DNA from: Marmoricola sp. | Lineage (GTDB): Bacteria; Actinomycetota; Actinomycetes; Propionibacteriales; Nocardioidaceae | Length of the DNA: 64,000 nucleotides | NCBI GenBank assembly: GCA_046598915.1 | Contig: JBKJHO010000028.1 | Location: 2,039 to 66,038 of the forward strand | Direction: 5' to 3' | In this document: positions 1-9,052 of the stretch, in pieces | How the letters are laid out: every line of letters begins with the position of its first letter | Numbering within the stretch: the stretch's first letter is position 1 | The notes under the pieces: model-generated | Database searches by the model: none | Told to the model about the DNA's origin: nothing | What the model saw: the letters and a program-made list of their open reading frames with translations, nothing else | Translations under genes and position numbers: made by a program

Positions 1-77
1 GCCCTCGATGCCGACGGCGCCATCAGACGCCGTGGACAGTGCTCTCACCGATCTCCCTGGGTCTCCTCAGGGTGTGA
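1..77 (+). CDS. Possible 3' end of an upstream small protein (C-terminus ...TPWTVLSPISLGLLRV*), reminiscent of DUF6153-like actinobacterial proteins
   Basis: Frame from nt 3 is open to TGA at 75-77 and is followed by hairpin GCTCGGAGA-ctct-TCTCCGAGC (84-105); family resemblance is from memory only. Confidence 0.3.
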   Translation, partial: PRCRRRHQTPWTVLSPISLGLLRV

Positions 78-257
78 CAGGGCGCTCGGAGACTCTTCTC
101 CGAGCCGACTTCACGCATGCGCCGATCAGCGCGCGCAGCTGCCCACCGGCGTACGCCGGTTGCAGTCCCGACCGGCCCGCCCGGGTGGCGTCCCCACCCC
201 GGCTCGCGGGGCTTTCTGGTCTCCCCACCACTCTCATCACGAAGGATTCTTGATCTC

Positions 258-947
258 ATGGACATGTCAATGCGCTCGGCCGTCCCCGACTGGCTCACCC
301 CGGTCGCCTGGACCTACATCACCTTGTCGCTACTCAGCGTCGCCTTCATCGCCGCCGACATCTACCTGCTTCGTCGCCGCCATCCCCGGGTCGCCCCGGA
401 GTTGGTGTGGATCACCTCTGCGCTCTACCTGGGCCCGTTCGGCGTCGTCGGCTATCTGCGCCGCGGGCGCACCAACCCCGGCCCCGCGACCGTCACCGCC
501 CGTACAGCGGAGACAGGAAGTACGGCGGTCGCCGCGCTTCCAGGCGGAGGGGCATCAGCGGTGGCGCACCTGATCGCGGTGCCGCTGGTAGTTGCGGTCG
601 GCTGGACCATCGCCGGCCTGGCGATGTGGCCGATGATCCTGGTCATCGCCGTCCTGGCGATCGTCATGCTGGCGGCCTACGAGCGGGCGGCCGGCGGGAG
701 CCACGCAGGTCACCGACGCAGCATCTCTGTCGGGGCGGCGCTCGTAGCAGCGATGATCACCGTCGCCGCTTTCGACGTCGGCATGGTCGGGTGGATGCTC
801 CTGCTGCACTTCAACGACCTGATGCCGCCGGTCACCGAGGGCACCTTCTGGTTCCTCATGCAGATCGGGGTGGTTGCCGGCCTGCTGACGGGCTACCCCG
901 CCGTCCGCTGGCTCCTTCGCCGCAACCAGACCGTCGTACCGGCCTGA
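258..947 (+). CDS. DUF4396-family membrane protein
   Basis: Multi-TM protein with ELVWITSALYLGPFG and AFDVGMVGWM...FWFLMQIG...GYPAVRWL motifs; ATG at 258 follows a GAAGGA RBS. Confidence 0.8.
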   Translation: MDMSMRSAVPDWLTPVAWTYITLSLLSVAFIAADIYLLRRRHPRVAPELVWITSALYLGPFGVVGYLRRGRTNPGPATVTARTAETGSTAVAALPGGGASAVAHLIAVPLVVAVGWTIAGLAMWPMILVIAVLAIVMLAAYERAAGGSHAGHRRSISVGAALVAAMITVAAFDVGMVGWMLLLHFNDLMPPVTEGTFWFLMQIGVVAGLLTGYPAVRWLLRRNQTVVPA

Positions 948-968
948 CCTTGCTGGAGTGTCAGCCGA

Positions 969-1010
969 ACCCCGGACTGTTGCCACGGAAGATGGGCGGC
1001 AGTCCGGGGT
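969..1010. terminator. Bidirectional hairpin between convergent genes
   Basis: ACCCCGGACTGTTGCC-N10-GGCGGCAGTCCGGGGT inverted repeat. Confidence 0.65.
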
Positions 1011-1061
1011 GCGGACGGACGGGCCTCGACGTCGGGCGACTCGGTCCTGACCCGGCAGGAT

Positions 1062-1754
1062 TCACTGTGCGGGCAGGTGCCTGGTCCTGATCAGTTCGGC
1101 CGCGACCTCGTGGATCCTCACGTTGCGGGACTGCGAAATGCGCCGGAGCACCGCGAAGGCACGCAAGGCATCGAGGTCGTAGCGATCCATCACGATTCCG
1201 GTTGCCTGGCCGATCAGAGTTCGCGAGTCCAGCGCGAGGTCCTTGCCTTCATCCTGGCGCGCGACGGTGATCGCGATCGCGGTGTGCGCCGCGAAGGACA
1301 TGCCGCTCTCGATGTCAGCCCCACTGAAACCGTTCGCCTGCGAGGAGAAGAGGCTCAAGGCACCGACCTGCTCGCGGTGGGTGAACAGGCGGAAGCACAG
1401 CATGCTCCCGAAACCTGTTTCCCGAGCAACTCGCGTACCCCATTCTCCCCACCTGGGCTCGGCCGCGATGTCAGGACAGGAGACGACCTCTTCGTCCCAG
1501 ATCGCCTTGATGGCGGGGCCGTCGCGTAGATCCTGTTGGATCCGGTCGGCTGTGATCGCACCCTCGTCAGTAGCGGCGGTCGTCTCGATGATCTGGCCGC
1601 GTCGAACCAGGGAGATCGCTGCTGCCTCAGCGCCTTCCACGGTGCCGACAGCAAGCTGGGCCGCCAGCTCCACGGTCTCGCTGGATCCAGTTTCAGCCTG
1701 CAGCGAGCGGGCAACTTCGGCGATGCGACGAGCCAGCGGCTCAGGAACGGTCAT
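1062..1754 (-). CDS. GAF and ANTAR domain protein
   Basis: GAF segment (QQDLRDGP...RW...GALSLFS) and C-terminal ANTAR (ALDSRTLIGQATGIVM...AFAVLRRISQSRNVRIHEVA). Confidence 0.9.
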   Translation of the reverse strand: MTVPEPLARRIAEVARSLQAETGSSETVELAAQLAVGTVEGAEAAAISLVRRGQIIETTAATDEGAITADRIQQDLRDGPAIKAIWDEEVVSCPDIAAEPRWGEWGTRVARETGFGSMLCFRLFTHREQVGALSLFSSQANGFSGADIESGMSFAAHTAIAITVARQDEGKDLALDSRTLIGQATGIVMDRYDLDALRAFAVLRRISQSRNVRIHEVAAELIRTRHLPAQ

Positions 1755-1832
1755 GCTCCATCTTCTCCTGCTCGACCTAGCCCCCCGAACGCGTCCCCAG
1801 CACGGCCCGTCTCGGGCGGTGGCCGGGCGCCA

Positions 1833-1858
1833 GTTTGTCGGGCGCCGGGCTGGGGTAA
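1833..1858 (+). promoter_or_regulatory. SigF/SigB-type promoter
   Basis: GTTT-N16-GGGTAA ending 9 nt before ATG 1868. Confidence 0.6.
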
Positions 1859-1867
1859 CGCCAGTGC

Positions 1868-2389
1868 ATGACAGCGAGACGCTCGACGCTGGTGGACTTC
1901 GAGGAGGGCAGTCCTGCTGCCGTCGCGGGCCGACGCCTGATGTTGTTGCTCGTCCTGACTTTCGTTCTCCTGAACACCGCAGGAGTACTCGGTGTGCACA
2001 CGGCCACCATCACCCGGACCGCTAGTGGCTACACCCTGAGCCTTGATTACCCGGAGGCCGGACGCGCCGGCCTCGACGTGACCTGGCGGGCTCGAGTGGA
2101 TCATCCCGGTGGGTTCGAGAAGGAGCTGACCCTCGCCGTGACCGGTGCCTATTTCGACATCTTCGAGACGCAGGGCTTCTTCCCCGAACCAAGCAAGCAG
2201 ATCCGCGACGGTGACGTGCTGTACCTGACCTTCGACGCTCCCAAGGGGGCGTCCTTCACCGTCGACTACGACGCCTACATCCAGCCCGCGAGCCAGCAGG
2301 GCCGGCGCGCCCACCTCGCGGTCGTCTCCAACACCGGCGGCGGCACCGAGATCGTCGGCTTCGACTACAAGACAAGGTTGGTGCCCTGA
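1868..2389 (+). CDS. Membrane-anchored hypothetical protein coupled to the DUF421 gene
   Basis: N-terminal TM helix followed by a beta-rich domain; stop overlaps the next ATG (TGATG). Confidence 0.75.
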   Translation: MTARRSTLVDFEEGSPAAVAGRRLMLLLVLTFVLLNTAGVLGVHTATITRTASGYTLSLDYPEAGRAGLDVTWRARVDHPGGFEKELTLAVTGAYFDIFETQGFFPEPSKQIRDGDVLYLTFDAPKGASFTVDYDAYIQPASQQGRRAHLAVVSNTGGGTEIVGFDYKTRLVP

Positions 2390-2874
2390 TGGAGATCGTG
2401 GTCCGCGCGATAGTGATGTTCCTGTTCCTCTGGTTGATCACCCGAGCAGTAGGCCGTTCGACCCTCGGGGAACTCAGTACGTTCGACCTGCTCCTCTACG
2501 TGACGATGGGTGACCTGATCCAGCAGGCCGTTACCCAGCAGGACTTCTCGGTGACCGGCGGCATGCTTGCCGTCGGTGTCTTCGCCCTGATGACGGTGCT
2601 GCTCTCCTGGGTGCAGTGGCGGTTCCCGAAACTCCAGCCTGTGGTGAACGGGCGTGCGGTCGTGGTGATCCGCGACGGTGAGCCCGTCGAGAACGCACTC
2701 AAACGGGAGCGGCTGTCTCTCGCTGACCTGATGGCCGCGGCCCGGCAACAAGGGATCCGTTGGCTCGACGAAGTCGACCTGGCCGTCCTCGAGGCCGACG
2801 GTCGGATCTCGTTCTTCACCCGGTCCGAGGACGGGTCCGCCGACGGGGCACCCGAGACCTCGTCCGCGGCCTGA
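2389..2874 (+). CDS. DUF421 (YetF-like) membrane protein
   Basis: GRSTLGELSTFDLLLYVTMGD and AVLEADGRISF motifs. Confidence 0.9.
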   Translation: MEIVVRAIVMFLFLWLITRAVGRSTLGELSTFDLLLYVTMGDLIQQAVTQQDFSVTGGMLAVGVFALMTVLLSWVQWRFPKLQPVVNGRAVVVIRDGEPVENALKRERLSLADLMAAARQQGIRWLDEVDLAVLEADGRISFFTRSEDGSADGAPETSSAA

Positions 2875-2885
2875 CGGCCGCTGGT

Positions 2886-2910
2886 GGTTGAGATCTCCGC
2901 GATCGGGCAT
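2886..2910 (+). promoter_or_regulatory. SigF/SigB-type promoter
   Basis: GGTT-N15-GGGCAT ending 9 nt before ATG 2920. Confidence 0.45.
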
Positions 2911-2919
2911 GAACCAGGC

Positions 2920-3459
2920 ATGGCTGATCTGAATCTCGACCTGCCGACCGAAGGTGACGTCGTCGACCTCATCCTCGCCGACCACCGTCGGTTTGAAGAG
3001 CTGCTCAGAGATCTGCGCGACAGGACCAGCGACCGCGACGCGGTCCGGCAAACCTTCGCGACCCTGCACGTCGCTCACGCTGAGGCGGAGGAAGGCGAGG
3101 TGTATTCGACGCTGCGCAAGGAGCGTGCGATCACCGAGCACGAGAAGGACCATGGCGAGGAGGAGCACGCGGAGGGCAACCAGGCGCTGCTCGACGTCCT
3201 AGAGGCCGAGGACACCAGCACCGAGAAGTTCGACGATCTGGTCGAAGAGCTCGCCAACAAGGTCAGCCATCACTTGACTGAGGAGGAGCTGACAATCCTC
3301 AATCCGGCTCGCGAAGAGGTCGCGGACGAGGTGAAGGCCCGACTCGGAGGGGCCTTCGCCCGTGCGCGCAACACGTTCATCGAATCCGACTGCGGCGCCG
3401 TCGAGAACGTCCGGTCCATCGTCGCTGAGGCGAAGAAGAAGGGCCTCCTCGACGCCTGA
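2920..3459 (+). CDS. Hemerythrin-like (HHE cation-binding) protein
   Basis: ADHRRFEEL...HAEAEEGEVY...EEHAEG...HHLTEEE. Confidence 0.9.
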   Translation: MADLNLDLPTEGDVVDLILADHRRFEELLRDLRDRTSDRDAVRQTFATLHVAHAEAEEGEVYSTLRKERAITEHEKDHGEEEHAEGNQALLDVLEAEDTSTEKFDDLVEELANKVSHHLTEEELTILNPAREEVADEVKARLGGAFARARNTFIESDCGAVENVRSIVAEAKKKGLLDA

Positions 3460-3628
3460 CCCGGCGGACCGGATGTAGGCAGGGTCTGCCGCGCTGGCGG
3501 CGCGGCCGAAGGAGATTCGCGGGGCAAGGTCGACCTCGAGCAGGCGTGGACCGACCCCGACGCCCGGATAGCCCTAGAGTGCGTGCAGGTTCTGGAGGGC
3601 GCGGCGTCGACCTGGCAGGAGTTCTGAG

Positions 3629-5398
3629 ATGAGTCGTACGTACCGTCCGGCGACGGCGACGGCGACGGCGCTGATCGCTGTGGTCCTGCTGGCGTTCTCC
3701 GCTCTCCTGCCGGTGGCTCGGGCTGGTGCCGCCGAGCAGGTCGACCAGACGGTCCGGATCACAGCCTCGGACGGGGTCAGCCTGGCCGCCGTGGTCGAGG
3801 GCTCCGGTCCGCTCGCGGCGCGTCCGACCGTGGTCGAGTTCACCCCGTACGGTGAGATGGGCGCGAGCTTCACCGTCGGGCCGGACTACAACTTCCTGAC
3901 CGTCCAGGTCCGCGGCACCGGCGACAGCGACGGCTCCTTCGACGTCCTCGGACCGCGCTCCCAGAAGGACGTCCTCGACGTCCTGCAATGGGCGTGCACG
4001 CAACCGTGGAGCAACGGTGAGCTCGCCCTCGCCGGGTTCTCCGCCAGCGCGATTATCATCTTCAACTCGCTTCACCAGCAGCTCCCGTGCGTGAAGGCTG
4101 CCGTGCTCCGGTCGGGAACCTTCGAGCTCTACCGCGATCTGCTGGTCCCCGGGGGGGTGCCCAACTCCGTCCCGGGGCTCGCCGTCCTGGCCGGCATCGG
4201 TGGGCTCGCGCTAGCCCAGGGACCTGACCGCCTCGCTCGGAATCCCTCGTCCTCGATGGAGGTCATCACCGGGCTTCTCACCAGTGGCTTCAATGCCGGT
4301 CTGCTGCACCCGACCCTCGACACGTTCTGGCGTGAGCGCGGCTTCCGGGGGAATGTCAACGACATCCCGACCCTGCTGATCGACGGCGTCTTCGACGTCG
4401 AGCCGCGGGGTGACTACCAGGCCTTTCAGCAACTCCGTGCCGAGGGCGACAACCCGCACCTGCTCGTGGTCGGCGGTCACGACGGCGCCCCGCGCGGGAC
4501 CGACAACGGCGTTGTAGAGATCGCCCGGTGGTTCGATCACTACGTCCGCGGAGTCGACAACGGGGTGCAGCACGAACCGGCCGTGCAGATGCTCCTCGCC
4601 AGCGGCGACCGGGAGGACATGCTCGCCGGAGACTTCGCCCGGCTCGAAGGCGAGGACTGGCCGATCCCCGGGACGACGTGGACGCCCCTGACCCTGTCCA
4701 AGGTGAAGTCAGGAGCAGCGGCCTCCCTCAACGACGGCAGTCTCCGGCCCGGCGCCCCCGATGCCGGGACCACCCAGCAGCGCTACCCCGCGACGTTCTC
4801 GCTGCCGACGAACAGCGACCCGAATACGCTTGCGACCGTCGGCGGCGGTGACGGTGGGCCGTTCAACCAGCTCGCTGACTTCATCCCGGCGCTGACCTCG
4901 ATGAACTTGTCCAACCTGACCGGCCTGACCTACACCACTGCGCCGCTCACGCAGGCGGTGACGGCGGTCGGCCCGGCGACCCTGGACGTCCGGTTGGCGA
5001 GCGTGACGCCGACCACGAGCATCTGGGCGGTCATCTCGGACGTCTCCCCGGACGGGCAGTCGCACCCGATGGCGGTCGGCCGCTTGAACACGGCGTTCCC
5101 TGGCGTCGTACCGGGCAAGTCGCTGTACTCCGCCGGCCAGCTGGTCCAGCCGTACGGCGACTACGCGCACGCCAGCATCGGCCTGATCGGGGTGCCGCGG
5201 AGTTACCACGTGGAGTTCTGGCCGATCGGCAACCGGTTCGAGGCCGGCCACCGGATCCAGCTCTCCGTGGTCGGCCAGTCCGCGCTGTCGCTGCCGAACC
5301 TGCCGTCGCTGAACACGGTCGTCGTCGGGGGTGCCAGCGGCACCCGGCTGATGCTGCCGACCGTGCCGGGTAGCGACCTGGTGGGCGCGCTCGGCTGA
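3629..5398 (+). CDS. Secreted CocE/NonD family hydrolase
   Basis: Signal peptide; RPTVVEFTPY, VRGTGDSDG, QPWSNG, GFSAS nucleophile, C-terminal FEAGHRIQL. Confidence 0.85.
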   Translation: MSRTYRPATATATALIAVVLLAFSALLPVARAGAAEQVDQTVRITASDGVSLAAVVEGSGPLAARPTVVEFTPYGEMGASFTVGPDYNFLTVQVRGTGDSDGSFDVLGPRSQKDVLDVLQWACTQPWSNGELALAGFSASAIIIFNSLHQQLPCVKAAVLRSGTFELYRDLLVPGGVPNSVPGLAVLAGIGGLALAQGPDRLARNPSSSMEVITGLLTSGFNAGLLHPTLDTFWRERGFRGNVNDIPTLLIDGVFDVEPRGDYQAFQQLRAEGDNPHLLVVGGHDGAPRGTDNGVVEIARWFDHYVRGVDNGVQHEPAVQMLLASGDREDMLAGDFARLEGEDWPIPGTTWTPLTLSKVKSGAAASLNDGSLRPGAPDAGTTQQRYPATFSLPTNSDPNTLATVGGGDGGPFNQLADFIPALTSMNLSNLTGLTYTTAPLTQAVTAVGPATLDVRLASVTPTTSIWAVISDVSPDGQSHPMAVGRLNTAFPGVVPGKSLYSAGQLVQPYGDYAHASIGLIGVPRSYHVEFWPIGNRFEAGHRIQLSVVGQSALSLPNLPSLNTVVVGGASGTRLMLPTVPGSDLVGALG

Positions 5399-5428
5399 CC
5401 GCGGTCGAGGACCAGTTCCGGACGACTG

Positions 5429-5442
5429 TTGACACGTGTCAA
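5429..5442. promoter_or_regulatory. Perfect palindromic operator (TetR-type)
   Basis: TTGACACGTGTCAA, 21 nt upstream of ATG 5464; contains a TTGACA -35 hexamer. Confidence 0.6.
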
Positions 5443-5463
5443 ATGTTGCCGTTCGATACCGAC

Positions 5464-7248
5464 ATGACCTTTGACGTGATCATCCGTGACGGCCGCTGGT
5501 TCGACGGGACCGGCGGCGCCTCCGCCGTCCGCCACCTCGGCATCAGGGACGGCCGGGTCGTGGCCATCTCCGAGGCGCCGTTGGAGGAGACCGGCGCCGA
5601 GGTCATCGACGCCGCCGGAACGTGGGTGATGCCGGGCATGGTCGACATCCACACCCATTACGACATCGAGGTCCTCGGCGACCCGACGTTGGTCGAGTCC
5701 CTGCGTCACGGCGTCACCACGATTTTCCTGGGTTCGTGCTCGCTCTCCACCGTGCACGTCGACGCTGTCGACGCCGGCGATCTGTTCGGACGGGTCGAGG
5801 CGATCCCGCGCCAGTATGTGATCGAGGGCGTGCAGCGTGCCAAGTCCTGGAGCAGCGCCGCCGAGTACGTCGACGCCCTCGAGTCGCTCCCACTCGGCCC
5901 GAATCTCGCCTCGTTCCTCGGCCACTCCGACATCCGGACCGCGGCCATGGGCCTGGATCGGGCTACCCGCAAGGGGATCAGGGCCTCGACCGATGAGATC
6001 GCGCGGATGGAGGAGATGCTCTCCGAGGCGCTCGACGCAGGCTTCCTCGGGATGAGCTCACAGCAGCTGCTCTTCGACAAGCTCGACGGGGACACCTGCC
6101 GGTCACGGACGCTGCCGTCGACGTTCGCGAGGACCCGTGAGCTGCGCCGCCTCAACTCGATCCTGCGCAAACGGGAACGGGTTCTGCAGTCCGGCCCGAA
6201 CATCAAGAACCCGCTGAACATCGTGGCCCAGTCGTTCTCCTCGCTCGGTCTCTTCCGCAAGCGACTGAAGACCAGCCTGCTCTCGGCAGCCGACATCAAG
6301 GCGCTGCCGGTGGTCATCCGGATCATGGGCCCGATCGCGAGGGTCGTGAACGCGCTGGGCGGCAACTTCCGCTGGCAGCACCTGCCGGTGCCGTTCGAGG
6401 TGTACGCCGATGGCATCGATCTGGTGATCTTCGAGGAGTTCGGCTCCGGGGCGGCCGCACTGCACCTCTCGGAGGAGGTCGCTCGCAACGGCCTGCTCGC
6501 CGACGAGGAGTACCGCCGGAAGTTCCGCAAGGACTACGACTCGAAGTACGGGCCGCGGGTTTGGCACCGGGACTTCTTCGATGCCGACATCGTCGAGTGT
6601 CCGGACGCGTCCGTGATCGGAAAATCCTTCGGTCAGGTCGGTGTCGAGCGCGGTGTCTTGCACCCGGTGGATGCGTTCCTCGACCTGGTCCTCGAGCACG
6701 GGACCCGACTTCGGTGGCGGACGACGATCTCCAACCACCGCCCGGAGTTCCTCAAGAAGATGGCCCAGGAGCCAGGCATCCAGATGGGCTTCTCGGACGC
6801 GGGTGCGCACCTCCGGAACATGGCGTTCTACAACATGGGGCTGCGGTTGCTCAAGCACGTGCGCGACGCCGAGCAGGCCGGCGCGCCGTTCATGACCGTC
6901 GAGCACGCGGTCCACCGTCTTACCGGCGAGCTCGCCGAGTGGTACGGCCTGGACGCCGGACACCTCCGGATCGGTGACCGTGCGGACGTCGTCATCGTGG
7001 ATCCCGAGCGGCTCGACGCGACTCTCGAGGAGTACGCCGAGGCGCCGGTCGACCAGTACGGCGGCCTCTCCCGGATGGTCAACCGCAACCCGGCCACGGT
7101 CCGTGCGGTGCTCGTCGCCGGTCGGCCGCTGTTCCGGGACGGCGAGCCGACCGAGATCCTCGGACGCGAGCGCACCGGCCGCTTCCTTCGGGTCGACCAG
7201 CCCACCGGAACCGGCGCGGCGCCGGTCACCGTCCACGACGTCGCCTGA
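5464..7248 (+). CDS. N-acyl-D-amino-acid deacylase family amidohydrolase (Rv2913c-like)
   Basis: PGMVDIHTHYD metal motif, GFSDAGAH, GDRADVVIVDP. Confidence 0.88.
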   Translation: MTFDVIIRDGRWFDGTGGASAVRHLGIRDGRVVAISEAPLEETGAEVIDAAGTWVMPGMVDIHTHYDIEVLGDPTLVESLRHGVTTIFLGSCSLSTVHVDAVDAGDLFGRVEAIPRQYVIEGVQRAKSWSSAAEYVDALESLPLGPNLASFLGHSDIRTAAMGLDRATRKGIRASTDEIARMEEMLSEALDAGFLGMSSQQLLFDKLDGDTCRSRTLPSTFARTRELRRLNSILRKRERVLQSGPNIKNPLNIVAQSFSSLGLFRKRLKTSLLSAADIKALPVVIRIMGPIARVVNALGGNFRWQHLPVPFEVYADGIDLVIFEEFGSGAAALHLSEEVARNGLLADEEYRRKFRKDYDSKYGPRVWHRDFFDADIVECPDASVIGKSFGQVGVERGVLHPVDAFLDLVLEHGTRLRWRTTISNHRPEFLKKMAQEPGIQMGFSDAGAHLRNMAFYNMGLRLLKHVRDAEQAGAPFMTVEHAVHRLTGELAEWYGLDAGHLRIGDRADVVIVDPERLDATLEEYAEAPVDQYGGLSRMVNRNPATVRAVLVAGRPLFRDGEPTEILGRERTGRFLRVDQPTGTGAAPVTVHDVA

Positions 7249-7263
7249 ACCTGAAGCGCGTAC

Positions 7264-8601
7264 TCAGGCCGAGGTGACCGCGAACAGCGGCCAGCTTCCG
7301 GGCAGGCCCTTCAGCGTGTGCTCGCCCGCCGGCTCGCAGCGGTACGGCGACCCGGCGAGCAGGTCCCCGACGGTCCGGGTGATGAGTACCTCGCCGGGGC
7401 CTGCCTTGCCGGAGACGCGTGCGCCGACGTGTACGGCGACGCCGGCGACGTCGGGGCCGCGGAGCTCGACCTCGCCGATGTGCGCCCCGGCCCGGATCTC
7501 GACCCCGGCCGCCCTCAAGGTCCGGCCGATCGCCAGCGCGGCGGCCACGGCGTCGCTAGGCCGTTCGAACAGTGCCAGGTGGCCGTCGCCCATGCTTTTG
7601 CACACCCGCCCGCTGTGCCGCTTGACCTGGCGCTCGACGGTGCTGTCGATCTCATCGAGGAGGGCGGTCCACTTCAGGTCGGGCGTGGCCGCCAGTCGTT
7701 CGGTCGACCCCACGACGTCGGTGAAGAGAACGGTGAGCAGCCGTCGCTCGGCGTGAGCCAGGGCAGGCCTTTCGATGAAGGTCTCGATCTCGTTGAGCTT
7801 CTCGTCGAGGTGCGTGGTGAAAAAGATGTTGTCGCCGGAGTCGTACTCGACGATGCGCGCGTCAGGAATGTTTGCGGCGAGATAGCGAGCGCCCTCGATC
7901 GGAGCCCACCGGTCGTGGGTGCTGTGCAGGATCAGGGTCGGTGCGGTGATCGAGGGGAGCAGGTCGCGGACATCGGTCGCGAGGGCGACCTCGACGTAGG
8001 CCCGTGCAGTTGCCGGGCTCACCCGTCCGGCGGCCTCGAGCCAGTTCCAGAGATCGGTGTCTGCCGGGTTCGACGGGGTCATCAACATCGGAAGGTCCTG
8101 CGGGCCGAATCCCGCTCCCGGGTGGTCGAACTCGGCGTCGAGCGCGGGGATCACGTGCGTCGGTAAGCCGTACGGCCAGTCGGGGCGGTTGCTCGGACAC
8201 GGCGTTGTGGAGGAGAGGATCAGCTTCGAGACCCGGTCCGGGTGGGTGGCCGCCAGCACCATCGTGGCCTGGCAGTCCCAGGAGTTGCCGAAGATCACGG
8301 CATCCTCAACTTCGAGCGCATCGAGGACGCAGAGCAGGTCGCCCACCTGGTGATCCAGGGTGGGCGGCTCACCGGGAGGCAGCGGATCCGAGTAGCCCAT
8401 GCCACGCCGGTCCAGGCTGATCCGGGTGGTGAAGGTGGCGAGCTGGCGCTGCGTCCGGGAGCAGCGTGGCTCGTCGAAGAGCCCGGCGGAGATGACCGTC
8501 CCTCCGGGCCAGCTGACGAGGAGGGGTCCGTTGCCCATCTTCCAGTAGCCGATGTGGGCGCCGTCGCCCCGCGGTGCGTAGCCGATCTGCGGTGTCGCCA
8601 T
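7264..8601 (-). CDS. Alpha/beta-hydrolase fused to class III adenylate cyclase (LipJ/Rv1900c-like)
   Basis: N-terminal DRRGMGYSD hydrolase fold; C-terminal LFTDVVGST, KSMGDG, DVAGVAVHVGARV; AAGGAGG RBS. Confidence 0.9.
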   Translation of the reverse strand: MATPQIGYAPRGDGAHIGYWKMGNGPLLVSWPGGTVISAGLFDEPRCSRTQRQLATFTTRISLDRRGMGYSDPLPPGEPPTLDHQVGDLLCVLDALEVEDAVIFGNSWDCQATMVLAATHPDRVSKLILSSTTPCPSNRPDWPYGLPTHVIPALDAEFDHPGAGFGPQDLPMLMTPSNPADTDLWNWLEAAGRVSPATARAYVEVALATDVRDLLPSITAPTLILHSTHDRWAPIEGARYLAANIPDARIVEYDSGDNIFFTTHLDEKLNEIETFIERPALAHAERRLLTVLFTDVVGSTERLAATPDLKWTALLDEIDSTVERQVKRHSGRVCKSMGDGHLALFERPSDAVAAALAIGRTLRAAGVEIRAGAHIGEVELRGPDVAGVAVHVGARVSGKAGPGEVLITRTVGDLLAGSPYRCEPAGEHTLKGLPGSWPLFAVTSA

Positions 8602-8673
8602 CGACACCTCCTTAGGTCGGGCCTCGTTCTCCCCGCGCTCAGGCTAACCGTTGGGTGCGGGTGACGACGTCCG

Positions 8674-9024
8674 TTAGACCGGGAGCTCGTCCCCGCGCTT
8701 CTCGATCAGTTCGTCTGACGCACTCAGGCGCCACGCCTCGAAGGTGAGTTCGGCCAGCTCGTCGCGCTCGACCCCGTCGAGGTGGACCACCACCCACCCG
8801 TACCCGCCCGAGGTGAACTGGACCTCGAAGACGTCGGGACGCTCCGCGACCAGGGAGAGCTGCTCGACGACGGTCTGCTTCAGCCCGACCGTGCTGGTGG
8901 CTGGCCACAGGTAGCCGAAGGCGCGATCGTCCACCTCGAACCTGAGCCACTTGTCACGGTCGGAACGGCTGACCCCGGGAAGCTGGGTGACGAGGTCGAG
9001 GAAGTCGGGGATCTGGGTGGCCAC
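8674..9024 (-). CDS. MmcQ/YjbR family protein
   Basis: F-x-V-x-x-R-x-F, GWVVVHL and ELAELTFEAWRL pattern; 116 aa. Confidence 0.75.
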   Translation of the reverse strand: MATQIPDFLDLVTQLPGVSRSDRDKWLRFEVDDRAFGYLWPATSTVGLKQTVVEQLSLVAERPDVFEVQFTSGGYGWVVVHLDGVERDELAELTFEAWRLSASDELIEKRGDELPV

Positions 9025-9052
9025 GGGCTGATCCTGGCAGGGGTTGCCGACG

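Noticed and set aside
1755-1867. ANTAR-binding dual-hairpin RNA
   Set aside because: No convincing pair of hexanucleotide-loop hairpins near the GAF-ANTAR gene
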